Origin: Thermodesulfobacteriota bacterium
GTDB taxonomy: Bacteria > Desulfobacterota > Binatia > Bin18
Direction of reading: 5' to 3'
Assembly (NCBI GenBank): GCA_964291405.2
Contig: OZ219926.1
Location: forward strand, 4,640,001-4,704,000
DNA length: 64,000 bases
The notes beneath the pieces were generated by a model that was not told where the DNA came from, did not search any database, and saw only the letters and a list, made by a program, of their open reading frames with translations. Position numbers and translations under genes: made by a program. Positions 58,367-64,000 of the stretch are shown one piece after another (the first letter of the stretch is position 1; every line of letters begins with the position of its first letter).

Positions 58367-60070
58367 ATGAGTTCACAGAGCGAAATTCACTACGAAGTCG
58401 TCTGGCCGAAATCGCCGCTCGCGGTACAGACACGGCCGCTCGCCGAGCGGCTCGACACGCTCGAGGGCAAACGCGTCGGGTTCCTGTGGGATTTCCTGTT
58501 TCGCGGTCACGAGCTTTTTCCGGTCATCGAAAAAGAGCTGCGGAACCGCTTCACCGGGATCGAAATCGTCGGGTACGACGATTTCGGCAACACGCACGGG
58601 GGCGATGAAGCCGAGGTGATTGCCGCGCTTCCCGACCGGTTGCGCGACCGCCGTATCGACGCGGTTGTCTCCGGGGTGGGATGTTGAGGGAGTTGTACGC
58701 CCGCCGTGATGCGGGCGTCGGTTGTCGCGGAAGCCGCCGGGGTGCCGTCGGTGTCGCTGGTCTGCGAAGGTTTCGAACGCCAGGCGGCGGCCACCGGTCG
58801 CGGCACGGGATTCGACGGGCTTCCCCTCGGCGTGCTGCGCGGGCACGTGGACGCGCAGAGCTACGACGAGATGATCGGTTCCCTGCGTGACGCGACGCTC
58901 GACCAGATCATAGCCGGCCTCACCAGCGCACCGGTCGTCGGTGAGGGCGCTGCCGCCGAGCCCGTACCACTGGATGTCGTTGCCACGGGAACGATTGACG
59001 AGATCAACGAACGTTTCACCGTTGAGGGGTGGAGCGATGGGCTGCCGGTCATTCCGCCGACCCAGGACCGGGTCGCGGCGTTCCTCGCCACCCTGAACGA
59101 TGATCCCTGGAGAGTAATCGGCACCGCCCGGCCCTCGGGCCGCGAGATCACGGTCTGGTCGGTTGCCGTCAATGCCGTCATGACCGGTTGTCAGCCCCGG
59201 CACCTGCCCGTGCTCGTGGCGCTCGCCGAAATCATCGCCGATCCCGGTTACGGCGTCGAGCACTCGGGCAACACCACCGGGGCCGACGCCCTCGTCATCG
59301 TGAATGGGCCGTCGATGGCCGCACTCGGCTTCAACACAAGGCAGGGTGTCCTTCGGGAGGGCGCCCACGCGAATACCAGCGTCGCCCGATGGCTCCGGCT
59401 GTACCTGCGCAATGTCTGTGGATTCACCGCCGACGAACATGACAAGGCCACGTTTGGTAACAGCACCCGGGTGGTATTGGCCGAAGATGAGCAGACGCTG
59501 ACCGATATCGGCTGGCAACCACTGAGTGCGGAGTTCGGGTTCGGGCGGGGCGACGACGTGGTCACCATGGCCCGCATGAACAGCGGTCTTATCCTCGGCA
59601 GCGTCTTCGGATCGACGGGCGATGCGATCGTGCCGTATCTGGCCGACGGCCTCGTTCGAGTCAGTGGCTGGGACCTCGCGCACATCTACGGGCTCGGACA
59701 GGGCCATTATCGACCGCTGCTGATACTTTCCCCGATACTGGCGCGCACCTTCGCCCGATCCGGCTGGGGCAAGGATGACGTCAAGCAGGCGCTGTTCATA
59801 AAGGCACGGCTGCCGGCGGCCAGGTTCGAGCAGCTCATCGGCGAGTGGAGCAACATCGATGCGGGGCGCCGCACCCTGTTCGAACTGGCGACCGAGGGGC
59901 TGGTCCCGCCGGTCTTCGGCGAGTCCAACGACCCGCAACGCCTCGTGCCGATCGTGACCGAGGCCTCGAAGTTTCTGATCGCCGTTGCAGGCGACCCGAA
60001 CCGGAACAATGCTTACGTCATGAGTAACGATGGCCCGCACGGTGACTGGACGGCCAAAGCCGTACCATGA
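58367..60070 (+). CDS. UGSC-family selenoprotein fused to a DGLP-family domain (567 aa, Sec at codon 107, CUGSC motif)
   Basis: GVGC-TGA-GSCTP; ORF-track fragments 58367-58687 and 58706-60070 are in the same frame; GWSDGLPVIPPT and AVNAVMTGC downstream. Confidence 0.88.
58697..58718 (+). promoter_or_regulatory. Bacterial SECIS element
   Basis: Perfect 8-bp stem ACGCCCGC-CGTGAT-GCGGGCGT starting 9 nt after UGA. Confidence 0.75.
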
Positions 60071-61713
60071 ACCCCTACGCCCTCGGCATCATCACGAGCA
60101 TCGTGATCTATCTGCTGATCGGAAACTACGCCGGCCGGCGGGTCAAAGATGTCGATGATTATTTCGTTGCGGGGCGTGACAGCTCGACCTTGCTGATAGC
60201 CGGCACCCTGGTCGCCAGCTACCTGAGCACCGCCGCGTTCCTGGGTGAAACCGGGTTTACGTATCAAGGGCACGGCGCGATTCTCCTGATCCTGGTCGGG
60301 GTCAATATCGCCGGCTACGTCCTGGGCGCAGCGTTCTTCGGCCGCTATGTCAGACGCAGCCAGGCGATAACCGTCGCCGAGTTCTTCGGCAAGCGCTTCA
60401 ACAGTCGGCGCGTTCAGGCCGCCGCGGGCGTGACGGTTATCGGGGGTGTCACCGCCTATTTGCTGGCGGTGACCCAGGGGGCATCACTGGCGATATCGGA
60501 AGTGATGCATATTCCCTATGACGTGACTTTGCTGATCGTCTGGATCGGTTACACCTCGTTCACGATCTATTCCGGCTCGCGAGGCGTGGTGTTGACGGAT
60601 ACCGTGATGTACCTGCTGTTCACCTTCGTCGGTTTCCTCTCTCTCTACTATATCCTGGGTGAGACCGGTGGATGGTTCGCCACCATCGAGTCCCTGGCTG
60701 TATACGAAGCCAAGCCGGCAATCATCTCCTGGCACGGTGTCGTCGGATCCGATTCGCGCTGGCAAACGCCGTTCGATTCAGTTGGCTGGGGTCTCGTGCT
60801 CGGGATCGCGTGGGCATTCACGATTGCCGTGAGCCCGTGGCAATCGAGCCGGTATCTCATGGCGAAAAACGAGCACACCGTGATGCGATCGGCCTGCTTC
60901 GCGAGCGCGTCGGTCGTGGTGCTGTATTGGGCGTTGGTGGTGTCCGCTGCCGCCGTCAATCTCCTCAACCCGGATATCGAGCCCAACGAAAGGGCAATGA
61001 TCTGGGCGGCTTTCAACGCCATGCCGACCTATGCGGGCGTGTTGTTCATGACCGGTGTGGTGGCTGCCGCCCTGTCCTCGGCGTCGACGTTTCTCTCCTT
61101 GATCGGATTCAGCGCGACGAACGATCTGGTCGAGATGCGTGAGGGCGATGAACGTCGCAAGCTCCGATTGAGCCGCTCCACTATGCTGGCGGTCGGGATC
61201 GTCATCTTGCTCATCGCGTCTTTCCAACCGCCCGCGATCATGATGATCAGCTATTTTGCGGCGACGCTGTTTTCATCGTCGTGGGGACCGGTGGCCTTCA
61301 TGAGCGTGTGGAGTACACGCATCACGGCAGACGGAGCTTTTTGGGGGATCGTCGTCGGCTTCGTCGGCAACCTGATCCCGAAGATCCTGTCGGTATTCGA
61401 GGTGATATACCTGCCGGTTTATCTCGATCCATTCGTGATTGGCATCGTATTGAGCCTCATCACGATCCTACTCGTATCGCGCAATGGCCGGGTCACCCAG
61501 GAGGAATATCTTTATCACATGCAGATACATCAAACGCCCTCCACTGAATACGACCCTTCACTGACCGCCAGAACCTTGTGGTTCGCGAGGGGTTTGATGG
61601 TCTGTGGCGCAGCTGTGACGATACTCATGATCGTGTTTTACGTGTTGCCGTACGAACGTGCGGTCGGGCACGAGGCCGACTCCCTGAGTCTGGCCCGGTG
61701 GTTCTTGTCATGA
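60067..61713 (+). CDS. Sodium:solute symporter family protein
   Basis: DYFVAGR, SYLSTAAFLG, GVVLTD and AAALSS motifs; about 13-14 TM helices; ATGA overlap with the upstream gene. Confidence 0.92.
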   Translation: MNPYALGIITSIVIYLLIGNYAGRRVKDVDDYFVAGRDSSTLLIAGTLVASYLSTAAFLGETGFTYQGHGAILLILVGVNIAGYVLGAAFFGRYVRRSQAITVAEFFGKRFNSRRVQAAAGVTVIGGVTAYLLAVTQGASLAISEVMHIPYDVTLLIVWIGYTSFTIYSGSRGVVLTDTVMYLLFTFVGFLSLYYILGETGGWFATIESLAVYEAKPAIISWHGVVGSDSRWQTPFDSVGWGLVLGIAWAFTIAVSPWQSSRYLMAKNEHTVMRSACFASASVVVLYWALVVSAAAVNLLNPDIEPNERAMIWAAFNAMPTYAGVLFMTGVVAAALSSASTFLSLIGFSATNDLVEMREGDERRKLRLSRSTMLAVGIVILLIASFQPPAIMMISYFAATLFSSSWGPVAFMSVWSTRITADGAFWGIVVGFVGNLIPKILSVFEVIYLPVYLDPFVIGIVLSLITILLVSRNGRVTQEEYLYHMQIHQTPSTEYDPSLTARTLWFARGLMVCGAAVTILMIVFYVLPYERAVGHEADSLSLARWFLS

Positions 61714-61835
61714 GCGGCGAGCTGATTCTCTCGATAGGGTACGGCGGTATCCTCTTCCTGTGTGGCGCGTTCGCCTACTGGTGGACCAAGCGCGCCTACG
61801 GCGAACGTCACGAGGGGCCGGATCAACACTCGTAG
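61710..61835 (+). CDS. Small single-TM protein (41 aa) coupled to the symporter
   Basis: ATGA overlap; MSGELILSIGYGGILFLCGAFAYWWTKR. Confidence 0.55.
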   Translation: MSGELILSIGYGGILFLCGAFAYWWTKRAYGERHEGPDQHS

Positions 61836-61865
61836 CCCGCGAAAAACCCCGGCCAGATACACGCT

Positions 61866-62135
61866 ATGAAAAAGCTGACCGCCTCAGAGGTGAAGAAAAA
61901 TTGGTTCCGAGTGCTTGACGAAGTCGCTGCCGGGGAAGTTATTGTCCTGGAGCGGAAGGGGCAGCGGCTCATTTTACGCAGGGAAGACAAAACAGTTACG
62001 AAATCGAAACAACAGTTTCCCGACTATACAGGTCTCCTGCGGATTCCTGACGCCGATCAAGCTGACCGGTGGAGTTGGGACTGGCGGGGGAAAAGACAAG
62101 ACCTCGTGTCGGTCTCTCGAAAAAAAAGGCAATAG
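61866..62135 (+). CDS. Phd/YefM family antitoxin with no adjacent cognate toxin
   Basis: LTASEVKKNWFRVLDEVAAGEVIVLERKG. Confidence 0.8.
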   Translation: MKKLTASEVKKNWFRVLDEVAAGEVIVLERKGQRLILRREDKTVTKSKQQFPDYTGLLRIPDADQADRWSWDWRGKRQDLVSVSRKKRQ

Positions 62136-62143
62136 CTTCATGC

Positions 62144-62507
62144 TCACTCAAAAGGATTCAAAATCTCCAAATCGCTGATCCAAAGAAAATCTTTGGTATT
62201 TCTCGTCACGAGTGTACGCTGATGGATAAGAGCTGTCCCTGCTACTAGGGCATCGCCCAAGGTCATCCTCCGGACTCTTGGCGAAGCTGCACGGCCCGCT
62301 CTATGATCCCTTGTGATATCGGGAGAATGGCCGACGAGGCAAAGAATTCCTCGAAAAGACCTTGGTCTGCCTTCGTGAGATTATGGTAGCCGAGCACTTC
62401 AACATAGCTCACGGCTGAGATCGCGGGCGTATGCTCTGCAATAAACTGTCGTAGATTCTCATGCTCCGGCTGAGCAGCATAGATAATGATATTGCTGTCG
62501 ATGGCAC
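62144..62507 (-). pseudogene. PIN-domain (VapC) toxin with two frameshifts
   Basis: IDSNIIIY...SYVEVLG in one frame, MTLGDALVAGTAL...LVTRNTKDF in another; the GTG start is out of frame by 1 nt. Confidence 0.85.
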
Positions 62508-62782
62508 TACGCCTCTCGGTCTGGAAGAGGTCTATCCTGGCGCTGTTCTCTTTCCCAATCTAGAGGATCAATGTCCTGTGGAAACGTGCTCAATCGTGCG
62601 ATCTTCTCCAGTGCGTTTACCATGCGTTGGCCGCTATCACTGTCGGATGCTGGAGCTAGCAATTTCTCCTGCAAAATCGTCACTTGAACAGGAATAGGCC
62701 GCTCTTCGGGAAGAGTCCGCGGCCTTCCGTCGCTCCATTCCAATTGGTTGCCGCGAAGGGTTGCTTTATACGTTGTCGGCAT
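62507..62782 (-). CDS. Putative antitoxin of the VapC pseudogene
   Basis: TYKATLRGNQLEW...DPLDWEREQRQDR; its stop overlaps the toxin start. Confidence 0.75.
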   Translation of the reverse strand: MPTTYKATLRGNQLEWSDGRPRTLPEERPIPVQVTILQEKLLAPASDSDSGQRMVNALEKIARLSTFPQDIDPLDWEREQRQDRPLPDREA

Positions 62783-62903
62783 GACTCTACACTACCCCGT
62801 TCAAGAGAGAAAATCGAGTCTTACACAAAAAGAAACCGGGGTTCCTGTCTTGTCACATCTCTCTATCCTTCGATGATTTCAGGCCGAACGCAAAAGTACA
62901 AAC

Positions 62904-62931
62904 AAAAAGGGGCGCACCGCGGTGCGCCCCT
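62904..62931 (-). terminator. Intrinsic terminator
   Basis: AGGGGCGCAC-CGCG-GTGCGCCCCT followed by TTTT on the minus strand. Confidence 0.8.
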
Positions 62932-62959
62932 CCAAGTTCCGCTGAATGCAGAGTATCTG

Positions 62960-64000
62960 CTACTCCAAGACCTCGGCAATTACTAACTCGGTGATCTTCT
63001 CCTCGTTATAGCCCAGGATGTTCTCCAACACGTTCTGGTTCTCACGTCCCAGCGTCGGGGCCGCCGGGTTGATCTGGGCCGGAGTGCGAGAGAATTTGAA
63101 GCGAGTGCCTTCGACCGTGGTCTTGCCGAAGTCGGGATGATCCAGGTCGACGAAGTGCTCGCGATGCTGAAGCTGTTTGTCCTCGTACAGCTCGTTGATG
63201 GTTTCCACCGCACTGGCCGGAACGTTTTTGGCCTGAAGCTGCTCTTCGGCCTCGTACGGGCCGAGCTGGCTGCTCCAGGCGTTGACGGCCTTGTCGATTT
63301 CGTCCTGATTGTCCAACCGGCCTTTGGCGGTGGCAAGACGCTCGTCACTACCGAGGTCCGGACGATTCATGGTCTCGCACAGCGAACGCCACTGGTCGTC
63401 GGTTTCCACGCCGATCGCAACCCAGCGGTCCTCTCCTTCGGACTCATACACCCCGTGCGGAGCGAAGTTCATATCACGGTTGCCCATACGGGTCTGGGTC
63501 CGTCCGTTGACGGTCTGGTCTAAAAGAAACGGCGCCAGAAAATGGAGCGAGGCTTCGGCTTGCGCCAGGTCGATATGCTGGCCCTTGCCGGTCTGGTGCT
63601 TGTGTTCGAGTGCCGCCAGCACGGCCGCGGCGTTATACCACGGTGCAATATAGTCGGTGTAAGCCCCGAACGGCCCGGCGGGTGCGCGGTCGGGCCAGCC
63701 GGTGGGGTCGAAAAAGCCTGAGACGGCCGCCGCCAGATTGCCAAACCCGGCAAAGTGAGAATGCGGGCCGGTCTGACCCATCAGGCAGGTGCTGAGCATG
63801 ATGATGTCAGGCTTGATTTTTGTGAGCGACTCGTAGTCAAAGCCCCACTCCCGCATGGCTTTGGGAGAAAAAGACTCAGTTACCACGTCTGCCCAGCGCA
63901 CCAAGTCAAAAATAATCTCGCGCGACTCCGGTTTGGACAGGTTCAGGGTCATCGGCAGTTTGCCGGTATTCATATTATTGTACAAACCGGAATTATTCGG
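62960..64000 (-). CDS. CoA-transferase family III (CaiB/BaiF), 5' end outside the window
   Basis: NTGK, ADVVTESFSP, GQTGP, GAYTD and APTLG motifs. Confidence 0.9.
   Translation of the reverse strand, partial: PNNSGLYNNMNTGKLPMTLNLSKPESREIIFDLVRWADVVTESFSPKAMREWGFDYESLTKIKPDIIMLSTCLMGQTGPHSHFAGFGNLAAAVSGFFDPTGWPDRAPAGPFGAYTDYIAPWYNAAAVLAALEHKHQTGKGQHIDLAQAEASLHFLAPFLLDQTVNGRTQTRMGNRDMNFAPHGVYESEGEDRWVAIGVETDDQWRSLCETMNRPDLGSDERLATAKGRLDNQDEIDKAVNAWSSQLGPYEAEEQLQAKNVPASAVETINELYEDKQLQHREHFVDLDHPDFGKTTVEGTRFKFSRTPAQINPAAPTLGRENQNVLENILGYNEEKITELVIAEVLE

Noticed and set aside
58373-60040. 555-aa minus-strand ORF, and similar long antisense ORFs such as 42209-43126 and 33795-34736
   Set aside because: Antisense shadows of well-supported GC-rich genes; no recognisable motifs.
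62265-62280. In-frame TGA in the VapC gene as a fourth selenocysteine
   Set aside because: Homology continues in a different frame, so this is a frameshift; no Cys-type motif.

Overview
GC-rich (about 60%) bacterial chromosomal window with Deltaproteobacteria-like gene content (taxonomy is inference from gene order and protein similarity). About 1-52 kb is mostly housekeeping and metabolism: cofG, lipB, tRNA-Met, tilS, ftsH, glmM, nnr, tsaE, lysC, cimA, apt, ychF, an SDH-like flavoprotein/Fe-S/HdrB trio, holA, mtnA, nagZ, panBC behind a pan-type RNA leader, smpB and tmRNA. It is followed by a decayed tmRNA-integrated island: a split, inverted integrase remnant, a GT-C-like membrane protein, an Asn-repeat secreted protein, a RutA-like monooxygenase, an amidase, an SSS transporter and toxin-antitoxin debris. 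The ORF track misses several things. (1) Three selenoprotein genes are split at in-frame UGA codons, each followed by a SECIS-like hairpin: a UGSC protein, a WUPFC peroxiredoxin-like protein and a CUGSC fusion protein inside the RutA/amidase/transporter cluster. (2) A roughly 260-nt structured minus-strand transcript at 38.5-38.8 kb carries 17 nt of complementarity to the consensus 16S rRNA 3' end directly abutting a 14-codon ORF. (3) A second candidate structured RNA lies at 47.6-47.9 kb. (4) A nitroreductase plus small-protein module is duplicated in tandem. (5) MITE/REP elements are nested inside each other. All calls come from reading the sequence; no database searches were run.
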